DNA of 64,000 bases, from positions 5,312,001 to 5,376,000 of the forward strand of contig OZ253580.1 in NCBI GenBank assembly GCA_965263035.1. The letters run 5' to 3'. This document shows, one piece after another, positions 19,806-30,328 of this stretch. The position numbers and the translations under genes were made by a program. Each line of letters opens with the position of its first letter. The stretch's first letter is position 1. The stretch comes from Acidobacteriota bacterium (GTDB taxonomy: Bacteria; Acidobacteriota; UBA6911; RPQK01; JAJDTT01). The notes below the pieces were generated by a model. The model was given only the letters and a program-made list of their open reading frames with translations. It had not been told where the DNA came from and did no database searches.

Positions 19806-21449
19806 ATGCCTGCTTTTCGTCCCGATTCCCCGATGCAGCGCCGGAGTTTCCTGAAAAGGGCATTGGCCGGGTATCTGTTGGCGCCTCGGGTTCCGGCGCT
19901 TGCCGAAGCTCCGGTTGAATTGTCCAAAGACCACATCAAAGCGGTCCACCGCAGACGCCGGATCGTCATGATGCAGGACGCCTACGGCGATGGCCACGGT
20001 GCGACTCCTCTGGGGGGCGATTTCGCCTCGTGGCTCCGCTACCGGTTTTCCTATCTGGACGAGCTGGAGACCCAGATCGACGCCATCTGGTGGGATATGG
20101 CCGCCTTGGCCGTCTATCCCAACCAGGGATTCCCGGCCGACGTCCAGGCGCGCTTCGACGCCTGGTTCGCCGCGGGGAACGATCCTCTGAAGGCGCTGGT
20201 GGACGGGACCCACGGCCGGGGTCTGGAGGCCTTCTTCAACCACCGGATCAGCGAAGTCGAGCTGGACGGCAAGACGTTTCACCTCAAGACGGAGAATCCC
20301 GACTGGGTGATTCCCACCTGGTGGCCCCACGGCATGTGGAATCTGGCCGCACCGGGCCTGCAGGACTTCAAGCTCAGGAATCTGCGCTATCTGGCGGAGA
20401 ACTACGAATTCGACGGCCTCCAGATCGATTTCGCCCGGCACACACCCATATTGCCTCCCGGGCGGCAATGGGAACTGAGGGGGCACGTCACCGGGTTCAT
20501 CCGCCGGGTCCGGCTCATGCTCCTGGAGGTTGCCAGAAAGCGGGGTCGTCCCTTCCTGCTGGCCGTGAGAGTGCCCAAGAGCGTCGAAGGGGCCAAGCAG
20601 GACGGCTTCGACCTCGAGTCGTGGGCTCGAAACCGTCTCGTGGACATCTTCACCATCGGCACCCGCTCCCTGGAGGTGGACGTGGCCTCCTACCTGGCCA
20701 TCGCCCGGGGCCGGGACATCAAGATTCAGCCCTGCTGGGACGATCATCACGCTTCCGACGCCTACCAGTGGCAACCCATCGAATTCCTGCGCGGCGTTTA
20801 CAGCAACTGGTGGCGCCAGGGCGCCGACAGCGTGGTCACCTGGAACTGGAGCAACGCGACGCGGAAGACTTGCCTGAAGATGGGCATCAATCCGGGTCCC
20901 GACTCCCACGACCAGGGATACCGGGAGTTGGGAAGTCCGGAGAGCATGCATCTGAGGGACAAGATATTCGCCCTGGATCGGCGCGGCGCTTTTCCCTGGG
21001 CGGCAGGGTTCTTCAACCGGAACGCCGATGCCCGGTTACCGCTCCGCCTGACTGCGGGAGGGGAACCGGTCCGGCTGGATCTCAGAATCGAAGAGCCGGT
21101 GGCGCAATCGGCTCATCGTGTCGGTTCCCTCAAGCTCCGGACCGTGCTTTTCGATGCCGGACCGGAAACGAACGTCCGCGCCCGCTTCAACGGCAGCGCC
21201 CTGACTCCGTTCCTCAGGGACCCCGACTGGAAGGATGACCAGATCGTCTCACCCCGTCCCCAACCCAATTCGGGGAAGGCGGCCTGGCAACGCGTCGACC
21301 CGGACCAGAGGTTGCTCAGGATAGAGTACGACCTGGACCCCAAGGAGTGCCGGGTCGGCCTCAACACCGTCGAGATAAGTCTCTCCACCGGAAGGGCAGG
21401 CGACGGCGTCAAATTGGAGAAGGTGGAAGTTCACCTTGCATACTCATGA
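19806..21449 (+). CDS. Tat-exported GHL10-like TIM-barrel glycoside hydrolase-like protein
   Basis: RRSFL Tat motif; YEFDGLQIDFARH; LAVRVP..GFDLESW. Confidence 0.65.
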   Translation: MPAFRPDSPMQRRSFLKRALAGYLLAPRVPALAEAPVELSKDHIKAVHRRRRIVMMQDAYGDGHGATPLGGDFASWLRYRFSYLDELETQIDAIWWDMAALAVYPNQGFPADVQARFDAWFAAGNDPLKALVDGTHGRGLEAFFNHRISEVELDGKTFHLKTENPDWVIPTWWPHGMWNLAAPGLQDFKLRNLRYLAENYEFDGLQIDFARHTPILPPGRQWELRGHVTGFIRRVRLMLLEVARKRGRPFLLAVRVPKSVEGAKQDGFDLESWARNRLVDIFTIGTRSLEVDVASYLAIARGRDIKIQPCWDDHHASDAYQWQPIEFLRGVYSNWWRQGADSVVTWNWSNATRKTCLKMGINPGPDSHDQGYRELGSPESMHLRDKIFALDRRGAFPWAAGFFNRNADARLPLRLTAGGEPVRLDLRIEEPVAQSAHRVGSLKLRTVLFDAGPETNVRARFNGSALTPFLRDPDWKDDQIVSPRPQPNSGKAAWQRVDPDQRLLRIEYDLDPKECRVGLNTVEISLSTGRAGDGVKLEKVEVHLAYS

Positions 21450-22321
21450 AAATCACGATTGCAACCTGTCAGTTTCCCGTCACCAGCAACATCCGGCGCA
21501 ACCTCGGCTACGTGAAGAGGCAGATGAGGTCTGCCCGAGAGCAGGGCGCCGATCTGGCCCATTTCTCCGAGTGCTGCCTCGGCGGCTATGCCGGTGTCGA
21601 CCTGCCGTCGCTGGAGGGCTACGACTGGGACCTGCTCCAGCGCTCCGCCCGAGAGGTGACCGAGTTGGCCCGGGAACTGGATCTTTGGCTGATTCTGGGG
21701 TCCAACCATAAGCTGAGTGGCGACCACCGGCCCCACAACAGCCTCTACCTCATCGATCCTCAGGGGACGGTCGTGGACCGCTATGACAAGAGGTTCTGCA
21801 CCGGCTCCAGGACTCGCGTCGAGGATGACCTGAGCCACTACAGTCCGGGCAACCGGTTCGTCGTCTTTGAAGTCAACGGCGTCCGTTGCGGTATTCAGAT
21901 CTGCCACGACTTCCGCTATCCGGAACTCTACCGGGAATACAAGCGGCGGGAGGTCCAGTTGATGTTCCACTCCTACCACAACGGCGGAATGACGCTGAAG
22001 CACAAGCAGGACCATCACAACGTCTGGAGCGTGCTGGTGCGCGCCACCATGCAGACCTACGCCGCCAGCAACTACATGTGGATCAGCGTCAACAACACGA
22101 CCCGCCGCGAAAGTAGCGGCTCCAGCTTTGTGGTGGGACCGGACGGCCTGATCGACGGCCGGCTTCCATTGCACCGCGCTGGAGTATTGGTGACCACCAT
22201 CGACACCGAGACGCCCTATTTCGACGCGTCCAAGGAATGGCGTTCCCGGGCCATGAGCGGGATCTTCCACAGCGGCACGCCGGTGGACGACTCCCGGTCC
22301 GAAGACCGGACCTGCCTATAG
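21446..22321 (+). CDS. Carbon-nitrogen hydrolase (nitrilase superfamily)
   Basis: FSE, YDK, ICHDFRYPE catalytic E-K-C. Confidence 0.9.
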   Translation: MKITIATCQFPVTSNIRRNLGYVKRQMRSAREQGADLAHFSECCLGGYAGVDLPSLEGYDWDLLQRSAREVTELARELDLWLILGSNHKLSGDHRPHNSLYLIDPQGTVVDRYDKRFCTGSRTRVEDDLSHYSPGNRFVVFEVNGVRCGIQICHDFRYPELYREYKRREVQLMFHSYHNGGMTLKHKQDHHNVWSVLVRATMQTYAASNYMWISVNNTTRRESSGSSFVVGPDGLIDGRLPLHRAGVLVTTIDTETPYFDASKEWRSRAMSGIFHSGTPVDDSRSEDRTCL

Positions 22322-22355
22322 CCCGCAATGCCGCCGATGAGATCACGGGTGAACC

Positions 22356-23993
22356 TCACCCGTAACGGATCCAGACTCTCAACTCCTCCAGGGTCAGCAG
22401 TTCGGCAGGGTCCCGGGACTCGGGAGGCTGAACCGTCACCAGGAAGGAATTCTCGCCGTAGTGCAGGTCGCGGGTTTCCCAACTGGACCAGCCCGGCCGG
22501 TCCCCACCCGCGGCCCGGGGACGAGGCTGGCCCTCTCCGTTGACCCGCCAGGTGACCCGGTCGTCCGCGGCGGCATTGGCCCATCGCGTTTCGACCCGGA
22601 CACTGGTGGCCCGTTCCGGCCGGTCCGCGATCTTCAGCTTCAGATTGAACCGCGCCGGACCCGCCTGGGTGGCGAAGGAGAGCGGTAGTTGCCCTGGCCA
22701 GAGGCTCTCGTTCATGTATCCGACCCGCTTCCGGTCCAGGTCGATCTGATACATCTTGTCCAGGCCCGCGAGGGTCTCCGGCTCTCCGATCTCATGCAGG
22801 GAGTCATATCGGGCCGGGTCCAGGAAGTTGAAGGCATGAAGCCCGTCCACCCCTTCGTCCCAGAGCCGGTAGGCCGCCCCCCGGACCGCCTCCACGTGAT
22901 CGAAGACGTATTTCCAACTCAGGCCACCGTAGACCGGAATGCCGTGTTCGCGGCCCATGCGGATCCAATCTCCGACTGGAAAGGAATAGGGAAGGGAACC
23001 GAAACCTGCGATCAGGAAATCCACCCAGCCACGAGCGACCCACTCCTCCACGTCCAGTCCCACCGAAAGGGCCAGATCGGGGGAGTCGGGGACTCTCATG
23101 GACAGCAGAATGGGCCGTCCCCGCTGCTTTCCGCGCTGCTCCAGGACCTGGTGGATGCGATGGATGAGGTCGGTCATCACCGGCAAGTGGCGCCTCTCCT
23201 GCCCGTACCTGAAGAGCAGGGGATGCCGGCACCAGTCCAGCTCGATGCCCTCCAGGTCGTAGCGTCGGCAGGCTTCCCGGACCACGCCCAGGAAATGGTC
23301 CCTCACCTCCGGGCGGGCGTAATCGTACGCGGGCCAGGAGAAGGAGATAGGTCCCAGGGAACTGTTGCGAAAGCGGTCGATGGTCCGCTCCCCGCCGTTT
23401 CCCCAGTATTCCAGGAGGGCGTCGTGAGGGTGGTCCGGGGACTCCCCCTTCATCCAGGGCAGAAACGTTTCCTGAAATCGCTCGGGGCTGATGCGGGACT
23501 GGAGCAGATGCGGGTTTTCCAGCTTGAGCGGGGTCCAATATTGGATTCCCGAATAGACGGCGCAGTGGACGTCGTTCATGCGGATGGAGAAGAAAAACTC
23601 CATGCCGTTGTCGTGAGCGAATTTCACTGCGGGTTGGACCGGATCGGGACCCAACGCCCGGATGTTTTTCCGTGGCACCTCCCAGTGGGGAACGGTGGCG
23701 AGGCCGCAGTGGGACAGGCCATCGACGTGGGTCCCCTTCAGATGGTTCATCCGTAGGGCCAGATACTGATCCACGGTATCGAACCGCTTGGGCCAGTGAG
23801 GCCGCCGGCCCAGCTCCTGCGCCACGCCCGCCAGGTCGTCGCCGTCGTTGTTCCAGATGACGCGTTTCTTCCGGGTCTCCTGCTCGGATGGCTCCGTTCC
23901 GGGCGCGCAGCCGGATCCGGCGAGGGCAGGCAAAAGCGTCGTGGCGGTGGCGGCGGCCGCCGTGTTTTTTAGGAATCGTCTTCGATCCTGCAT
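22356..23993 (-). CDS. Tat-exported GHL10-like protein (paralogue family of 19806)
   Basis: RRRFL; IWNNDGDD; RMNDVH; YDLEGIELDWCRH. Confidence 0.65.
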   Translation of the reverse strand: MQDRRRFLKNTAAAATATTLLPALAGSGCAPGTEPSEQETRKKRVIWNNDGDDLAGVAQELGRRPHWPKRFDTVDQYLALRMNHLKGTHVDGLSHCGLATVPHWEVPRKNIRALGPDPVQPAVKFAHDNGMEFFFSIRMNDVHCAVYSGIQYWTPLKLENPHLLQSRISPERFQETFLPWMKGESPDHPHDALLEYWGNGGERTIDRFRNSSLGPISFSWPAYDYARPEVRDHFLGVVREACRRYDLEGIELDWCRHPLLFRYGQERRHLPVMTDLIHRIHQVLEQRGKQRGRPILLSMRVPDSPDLALSVGLDVEEWVARGWVDFLIAGFGSLPYSFPVGDWIRMGREHGIPVYGGLSWKYVFDHVEAVRGAAYRLWDEGVDGLHAFNFLDPARYDSLHEIGEPETLAGLDKMYQIDLDRKRVGYMNESLWPGQLPLSFATQAGPARFNLKLKIADRPERATSVRVETRWANAAADDRVTWRVNGEGQPRPRAAGGDRPGWSSWETRDLHYGENSFLVTVQPPESRDPAELLTLEELRVWIRYG

Positions 23994-24115
23994 GGTCCCT
24001 CCTCGATTCGAGGGGCGACTTTCTTGTCGCCCAGTGCTCGATGTGTCCAACCGCTCGTCGCTACGTTGATACACGGAAGATCGGCGGCAAGAAAATCGCC
24101 GCTCCCGGCAGGGAA

Positions 24116-25510
24116 TCACTCGCTGATGCAGTAAAGGGCGTCCTGGCTGCGCAGGAAGAGCTGGTTGCCCACGATCACCGGCGAGGCGATGAAGAAGTGG
24201 TCCGGCATGGAATTGACGGCAAGCACCTCGTATTCCTCACCCATCTTGAGCACGATGACGTCGCCCTGCTCGCTGGCCAGGTAGAGCCGGCCGCCGGATC
24301 CCAGGGGCGAGGCCTTGAACTGGTAGGGATTGGGCAGGCGTTGCTGGTGGTAGAAGGGTTTTCCGGTCCCGGCGTCGAAGCAGCTGATCAATCCCCGGTC
24401 CGTCAGGACGTAGAGCTTCCCGTCGTAATAGACGGGGGAGGCGGTGTAGGCGTTGCCCCGCTGATTGGTCCAGAGGACCGCGTCCGTGTCGGTCAGGTCG
24501 CCCTTCCGGTTCAGTCGAATGGCCAGCATGTTGGGGCTGCGGTGCCCCGTCATCACGATCACGGTATCCTGGTGACGGACCGGAATCGGAACCGGGTTGG
24601 TTCCCAGCCCGCTGCATTCCCAGATCAGGTCGCCGTTGGCAAGGTCGTAACTGCGGACCTTGTTGTCTCCGGTGACGATGACCTGGGTCGTCCCCGCGTA
24701 TTCCGTGACCAGGGGCGTGGTCCAGGTGCTCCGCTCGTCCCGGTCCCGGCGCCACAATTCCTTACCCGTGTTTTTGTCCAGGGCGAGAATGAAGGACTGG
24801 CCCTCATGGTCGAAGTTGAGGACCAGGGCGTCGCCGTGAAGAACCGGCGCCGTGCCCTCACCGAAACCGTTGCGCATTCTCATCTTCACGCCGAAGTTCT
24901 TTTTCCAGGCCGGCTTCCCGTTCAAGTCGTAGACGTAGAGGCCCCGGGAACCGAAGAAGGCGTAGACGTAACGGCCGTCGGTGGCCGCCGAGTTGGAGGC
25001 GAAGCTGCCGTAACGTTGGTGGTACCCCTCGTGGGGTGTCTCCACGAGGGCAGTGTTGCGCCACAGGGCCTTGCCGGTGTTCTTGTCCAGGCACAGGACT
25101 TCAAACTTGTGCTCGACCAGAGCCGTGGGCATCCGCCGCCGGCGTTCCCCTCGTGGGCGCCGACGTTCCCGGTCGGGCCGATCCTGACCTCGTTCTGCCC
25201 GTGGGCGCCGAGGGGGCCTCGTGAAATCACGTCTGCGAGGCTCCGGCATGGGAGCCGCCGGGATCGCGGTGGTGAGGTAGATCCTGTCTTCCCAGATGAT
25301 GGGGGTGGAATGGCCCTTTCCGGGGATGGGAGTCTTCCACTTGACGTTTTCGGTCGTGCTCCATCGCACCGGCGCTCCGGTGCGGGCCATGCCCGTATGG
25401 TCCGGACCCCGCCAGTTGGGCCACTGTTCATCGAAGTCCGGCGGCGGCGAAGGGGCGGCGGACAGAACCCACACCAGGACGCCGGTACAGGACAGATATG
25501 TTCTTCTCAT
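24116..25510 (-). CDS. PQQ-like beta-propeller protein
   Basis: WPNWRGP, WKTPIPGKGHSTP, repeated G..LW units. Confidence 0.9.
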   Translation of the reverse strand: MRRTYLSCTGVLVWVLSAAPSPPPDFDEQWPNWRGPDHTGMARTGAPVRWSTTENVKWKTPIPGKGHSTPIIWEDRIYLTTAIPAAPMPEPRRRDFTRPPRRPRAERGQDRPDRERRRPRGERRRRMPTALVEHKFEVLCLDKNTGKALWRNTALVETPHEGYHQRYGSFASNSAATDGRYVYAFFGSRGLYVYDLNGKPAWKKNFGVKMRMRNGFGEGTAPVLHGDALVLNFDHEGQSFILALDKNTGKELWRRDRDERSTWTTPLVTEYAGTTQVIVTGDNKVRSYDLANGDLIWECSGLGTNPVPIPVRHQDTVIVMTGHRSPNMLAIRLNRKGDLTDTDAVLWTNQRGNAYTASPVYYDGKLYVLTDRGLISCFDAGTGKPFYHQQRLPNPYQFKASPLGSGGRLYLASEQGDVIVLKMGEEYEVLAVNSMPDHFFIASPVIVGNQLFLRSQDALYCISE

Positions 25511-25703
25511 TGATTTCTCCTCGCTGCTCCTACGCTTGTCTGCGAATGGTTCCAAGTGAAGGAAGGCATGTTCGCGACAATAGCAGTCCCCGGTGAAAGT
25601 CGCCACGGCGGTCCATCAGGCGTGACGACCCTGCGAATCCGGGCTGTTACAATGACGGGCTGCGATTCCAGTGGTTGAGGAGTGGAAACTAGGAGAACCC
25701 GAA

Positions 25704-27140
25704 ATGAACAAGACCTTCACCCTGCTCACGGTCATGACTCTCTCTTTGGCAACCGTCAGTGCAGGTGTCATCGACATCGGCTCCCGGCGGGAACTGTTCG
25801 TGGACCGGCATATGGTCGGGGAGATCACGGGCGATGCCCGCCTTCAACAGCATCGGCCCGAGCCTCAGGAAGTGGTCCTGGTGACGGGAGAGCCCTGGGA
25901 AGGCAACACGAGCGCCTATTACACCATCTTCCAGGACGGCGACCTCTACCGCATGTACTACCGGGGGTCGAACTGGGATGTAGCGGCCAAGAAAGCCACC
26001 CATCCGGAGGTGACCTGTTACGCCGAGAGCCGGGACGGGATCAATTGGACCAAGCCCAATCTGGGGATCGTGGAGTACGAGGGATCGAAGCAGAACAACA
26101 TTATCCTGGACGGGATCGGCACCCATTGTTTCGTCGCCTTCAAGGACGGCAATCCCGACGCGCACCCGGAGGCGCGGTACAAGGGGATCTCCCGGGGCCG
26201 TCCACTGGGGAAGAAGGGACTCTACGTCTACCAGTCTCCCGACGGCATCCATTGGAAAATGATCCGGAATGAGCCGGTGATCACCGAAGGCGCCTTCGAT
26301 TCCCAGAACCTGGCCTTCTGGGACCCTCAGATCGGGAAGTACCGCGAGTACCACCGCATCTTCGTCAACCGGGTGCGCTCCATCATGACCGGGACCTCCG
26401 ACGACTTCGTCAACTGGACCGACCCCGTGCTCCTGAAGTATCCGGGGGCACCCAACCAGCATCTCTACACCAACGCGATCCGGGCCTATCACCGGGCGCC
26501 CCACATCCTCATCGGATTTCCCACCCGCTACCTGCCCGACGAGGGCCAGAGGGTGGAGCCCATTTTCATGGCCAGCCGCGACGGTCTCACCTTCCACCGC
26601 TGGAACGATCCGGTGATTCCCGAGGACGCCCCCAAGGACCGGGCGGGAAACCGCAGCAACTACATGACCTGGGGTCTGCTGGAACTGCCGGGCCGCCCCG
26701 GGGAGATGTCGGTCTACGCTTCCGAGGCCTACTACGAAGGGCCGGATACGCGTTTGCGGCGATTCACCTATCGTGCTGACGGTTTCGTGTCGGCCAGCGG
26801 CGGCCCCGGGGGAGGCGATCTGGTCACCCAGCCTCTCAAGTTCTCGGGCAGCCGTCTCGAGGTGAATTTCCGGGCCCGCCCCGGAGGTCAGCTCCGGGTG
26901 GAGCTGCAGGATCAGGAGGGACGCCCCATCCCAGGCTATACCCTGGTCGATTGTCCACCCCTGACCGGCGATTCAACCCGGATCCTCGTCAATTGGAAGC
27001 AGTGTCCCTGCAGCCAGACGGAGACCCCGAACGAGGAAGAGACGATCCAGCCCGACGTGGGATCCCTGGCCGGACAGACGATCCGGGTCCGTTTCCGCTT
27101 GGAGAACGCAGACCTCTATTCCTTCCGCTTCAGCGATTGA
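25704..27140 (+). CDS. Secreted five-blade beta-propeller glycoside hydrolase-like protein
   Basis: Signal peptide; RRELFVD, S.DGI.W repeats, FDSQN, R.DGF. Confidence 0.7.
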   Translation: MNKTFTLLTVMTLSLATVSAGVIDIGSRRELFVDRHMVGEITGDARLQQHRPEPQEVVLVTGEPWEGNTSAYYTIFQDGDLYRMYYRGSNWDVAAKKATHPEVTCYAESRDGINWTKPNLGIVEYEGSKQNNIILDGIGTHCFVAFKDGNPDAHPEARYKGISRGRPLGKKGLYVYQSPDGIHWKMIRNEPVITEGAFDSQNLAFWDPQIGKYREYHRIFVNRVRSIMTGTSDDFVNWTDPVLLKYPGAPNQHLYTNAIRAYHRAPHILIGFPTRYLPDEGQRVEPIFMASRDGLTFHRWNDPVIPEDAPKDRAGNRSNYMTWGLLELPGRPGEMSVYASEAYYEGPDTRLRRFTYRADGFVSASGGPGGGDLVTQPLKFSGSRLEVNFRARPGGQLRVELQDQEGRPIPGYTLVDCPPLTGDSTRILVNWKQCPCSQTETPNEEETIQPDVGSLAGQTIRVRFRLENADLYSFRFSD

Positions 27141-27211
27141 GGGAGCGGGGATAGCCGCGTTCCGATCGGACCGTAGGGGCGGCCCTTGTGGCCGCCCTTC
27201 GTTCTTCACGC

Positions 27212-28162
27212 CTATCGGTCGCTGTGCAGCAGGTCGACCAGTTGCAGAAAGAGCCGATCCCGGCGCGACTGCCGCTCCTCGATTCGCTCGGGAGTGTAGT
27301 CGTAGATTCCCCTTCCGCTCTTGACTCCGTAGCGCCCTTCCTTCACCAGGCGGTCTACCGCGGGCGGCAGACTCCGGCTTGACGAGATCTCCTTCAGCAG
27401 ATGGCCGAAGACGTGACCGGTGATGTCGAGGCCGGCGAAGTCCGCGATCTCGAATGGTCCGGCTGCCGCCAATCGGAGTCCTATGCTGGAACTGACCGCC
27501 AGGTCGACCTGTTCCGGTGTGGCGACGCCCTGTTCGACCAGATCCCAGATCTCGCGGAAGACGGCGGCCTGAATCCGGTTGACCAGGAAACCGGGGACCT
27601 CCCGTCGGAGCCGGATCGCCAGCTTGCCGTTCCGATCCAGCAGGTCCATTGCGCTCCGGACGGTTTTCTCGCTGGTCTCGCGGCCGGGCACGACTTCCAC
27701 CAGGGGGATGATGTGGGGGGGATTGAACCAGTGGGTGACCAGCGTCCGGTTGGGATGCCGGAGGCCCCGGGACATCTCGGTCATGGGAAAGGTGGAGGTG
27801 TTGCTGGCGAGGATCGTCTCTTCGGAGACCAGATCCTCCAGCCGTTTGAAGAGATCCTTCTTGGTCGGGAGATCCTCCCGGACCGCCTCGACGACGAAAT
27901 CGGCTCCCTGGACGGACGGTTCCAGCTCGGAGACGACCTCGATCCGGTCGAGCACCGCCTCCGGATCCAGTCCCGGGGAGAGTCCCAACCGTGCCTTCTG
28001 ATCCAGGTTGGCGCGGATCCGGTCCTGCAGGGATTTTCGCGCCTGAGCCGCGGAATCGTAGGCTCGGACGAGATGGCCGGTCGAGGCAAAGATCTGGGCG
28101 ATCCCGTGCCCCATGGTCCCCAGGCCAAGTACGGCGATACGCTCTGCCGCCATTGGATTCAA
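27212..28162 (-). CDS. 3-hydroxyacyl-CoA dehydrogenase family
   Basis: GLGTMGHGIA, EAVRE, ASNTS, HWFNPP, PGFLVNR. Confidence 0.92.
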   Translation of the reverse strand: MNPMAAERIAVLGLGTMGHGIAQIFASTGHLVRAYDSAAQARKSLQDRIRANLDQKARLGLSPGLDPEAVLDRIEVVSELEPSVQGADFVVEAVREDLPTKKDLFKRLEDLVSEETILASNTSTFPMTEMSRGLRHPNRTLVTHWFNPPHIIPLVEVVPGRETSEKTVRSAMDLLDRNGKLAIRLRREVPGFLVNRIQAAVFREIWDLVEQGVATPEQVDLAVSSSIGLRLAAAGPFEIADFAGLDITGHVFGHLLKEISSSRSLPPAVDRLVKEGRYGVKSGRGIYDYTPERIEERQSRRDRLFLQLVDLLHSDR

Positions 28163-29145
28163 CTCGATCCCGCGCTCGACGAGACCGCCGCCCCTCCGGT
28201 GATCTGAGCGATGATATCCAGGCCGACCCTCTCGCTCCAGGCGTCCATGAGCCGGTGGAAGACGGGCCCGCCGGCCTTGCCGTCACCGATGGTCGCTCCG
28301 TTGATCCGGGTGACCGGGGCGATGCAGTAAGGCGTGGTCAGGAGCAATGCTTCCTCAGCATTCATCACATCGTAGACTTGGAAATCCCGCTGTTCGAAAG
28401 GAATTCCCAGTTCCCCGCAGAGTTCGGAAACGGTTAACAAACTGACTCCCTGTAGGGTGTTGCGAGCCGAAGGGGCGACGACCCCACCGTCCTGAACGAT
28501 GGCGAAGTTGGAGCCGCTGGTCTCGGTCACGTTGCCGTCCAGGTCCAGTAGAAGAGTGATCGCACGAGGATCCACCTGGTGTGTCTCCTGGTCGGCCAAC
28601 CACTGATGCATCCGGCTGCGATGCTTGATCTTGGAGTCCACGCATTGGGGCGGGTAATGGCGGATCGAGGGAGTGACCACGTGAGCCCCCTCCGTGAAGA
28701 GCTGGGTGAAAGCCTCGAAGGGAACGGGAAAGGTGTGGATGCAGAGGGTGGGCACCATCTCTTTGGGGGTTCCGGGCAGGGCGGAGTAGGAGGCGATTTC
28801 CCCGGCCGTCATGAAGTGGACCATCGACAGTTCCCGGCCGGGCGGGAGGAACTTGGCGTTGTGACGAACCAGTTCCCGGGAGATCTCCTCCATCCGGTCT
28901 CGATCGAAGGGAGGCCGGATCCGGGTGTACCGGGCCGAACGGTAGAACCGGTCGATGTGATCTTCCAGCCGGAAGGGCCGGTGATGGAAGGTCCGCGTCA
29001 TGTCGGTCACCGTGGCTCCCAGGATGATGCCGGCGTCGTAGATGGCGATGGACGCCTGGGAGGCCGGGACCATTCGGTCCTTCAGGAAAACCAGCGGTTC
29101 CTGGTCGGCCTTGGAGTTGGGAAGGAGGGAAATTGGGGTTGACAT
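28159..29145 (-). CDS. Class IV PLP aminotransferase (IlvE/PabC-like)
   Basis: FRLEDHIDR, KIKHRSR, ETSGSN, LQGVS. Confidence 0.88.
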   Translation of the reverse strand: MSTPISLLPNSKADQEPLVFLKDRMVPASQASIAIYDAGIILGATVTDMTRTFHHRPFRLEDHIDRFYRSARYTRIRPPFDRDRMEEISRELVRHNAKFLPPGRELSMVHFMTAGEIASYSALPGTPKEMVPTLCIHTFPVPFEAFTQLFTEGAHVVTPSIRHYPPQCVDSKIKHRSRMHQWLADQETHQVDPRAITLLLDLDGNVTETSGSNFAIVQDGGVVAPSARNTLQGVSLLTVSELCGELGIPFEQRDFQVYDVMNAEEALLLTTPYCIAPVTRINGATIGDGKAGGPVFHRLMDAWSERVGLDIIAQITGGAAVSSSAGSS

Positions 29146-29148
29146 GGT

Positions 29149-30138
29149 TCAGAGCTCCGTTCCTACGTGCTGTTCCTGGATCTCCTGAATTCGGAGGATC
29201 GATCCCGGGTCGAACTCCAGACGGGCAGCTTGCAGGTTGTCCTCAAGCTCGGTGACGTTCATGGCTCCGGGAATGGTGGTCGCGACCTGGTCCTGGGAGA
29301 GGCAGTAGCCCAGAGCGGCTTGAGCCGGGGAGCAACCCAGCCCACGATGGAGGAAATCGAATCGCTCCGACGCCTCCACCAGGGAAAGGTGTCTCTCCCG
29401 GGGCCAGGTGGATCGAACGTCCGAGGTCGGGTCGAATACGGTCTCCCGGGTGAAACGGCCGGTCAGATAGCCGAAGAAGAAGGGCTCGCGGCAGACCACG
29501 CCGACGTCCAATTGCTTGAGCCGGGGGAGGATTCTCTCCCGGGCGCTCCAGCTCATCAGGTTGAACCGGAGTTGGACCACCTCCACCTCTTCCTCTTCGC
29601 AGAGAGGCAGGAAGAAGGATTCGCTCTCGGTGTGGGATGCCGGGAACGAGATCCCGTAGGCGCGAATGATCCCCCGCCTCTTGAGTTCCCTGAGGGCGGC
29701 CATGCCCGAAGGCTGGTAGAGACCGGCCTCGGGTGAGTGCAGGACGTAGACGTCGATGTAGTCCGTTCCCAGGCGCTCCAGAGAATCCTCATAGTGAGCC
29801 ATGATGTAGTCGCCTGAGTAGTCGCTGGTATAGCGATTATCCTTCAGGAATATGCCCACCTTGGTGGACACGATGACCTCTTCCCGCCGGTTCTGTATGA
29901 CCCGTCCCACCAGCCGCTCGGAATGACCGTCGCCGTACCAGGGGGCCGTGTCGAGGAAGTTGACTCCCTGATCCAGGGCATGGCGGAGCATCCTCAACGA
30001 TTCGGTATCGTCCACTTGGCCATACCCGGAGATGGTCCCGTCCCGCTCCATGGGACCCCCGATCCCCCAGCACCCCAGGCCCACGACCGAGACCTCCATT
30101 CCGGTCCTGCCCAATTGTCTGGTCTTCAAACGGTCCAT
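29149..30138 (-). CDS. Aldo/keto reductase
   Basis: LGRTG..GLGCW, DTAPWYGDGHSE, TK, SLERLGTDYID..LH. Confidence 0.93.
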   Translation of the reverse strand: MDRLKTRQLGRTGMEVSVVGLGCWGIGGPMERDGTISGYGQVDDTESLRMLRHALDQGVNFLDTAPWYGDGHSERLVGRVIQNRREEVIVSTKVGIFLKDNRYTSDYSGDYIMAHYEDSLERLGTDYIDVYVLHSPEAGLYQPSGMAALRELKRRGIIRAYGISFPASHTESESFFLPLCEEEEVEVVQLRFNLMSWSARERILPRLKQLDVGVVCREPFFFGYLTGRFTRETVFDPTSDVRSTWPRERHLSLVEASERFDFLHRGLGCSPAQAALGYCLSQDQVATTIPGAMNVTELEDNLQAARLEFDPGSILRIQEIQEQHVGTEL

Positions 30139-30328
30139 GAAACGTAGTGTAGCAGTCCGAGGCGAAAGTCTCGTTTACCGCCGACGGCATCTCCGAGGTT
30201 CGAAACGGAGCTCACCAGGCGGCCATGCGTCCCCGGAACCCGAATTGAATCGGTGGACCGGCCCCAATAAAATGAACACCAGCCGTTCGGGCGGTCGGAG
30301 CAGCATGACTGTCGGCGGAAAGGTCGCG

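Noticed and set aside
19689-20951. Long N-terminal extension of the 1265-aa ORF (17154-20951)
   Set aside because: Antisense shadow of the 19806-21449 gene; the real protein starts near 19688 with a signal peptide
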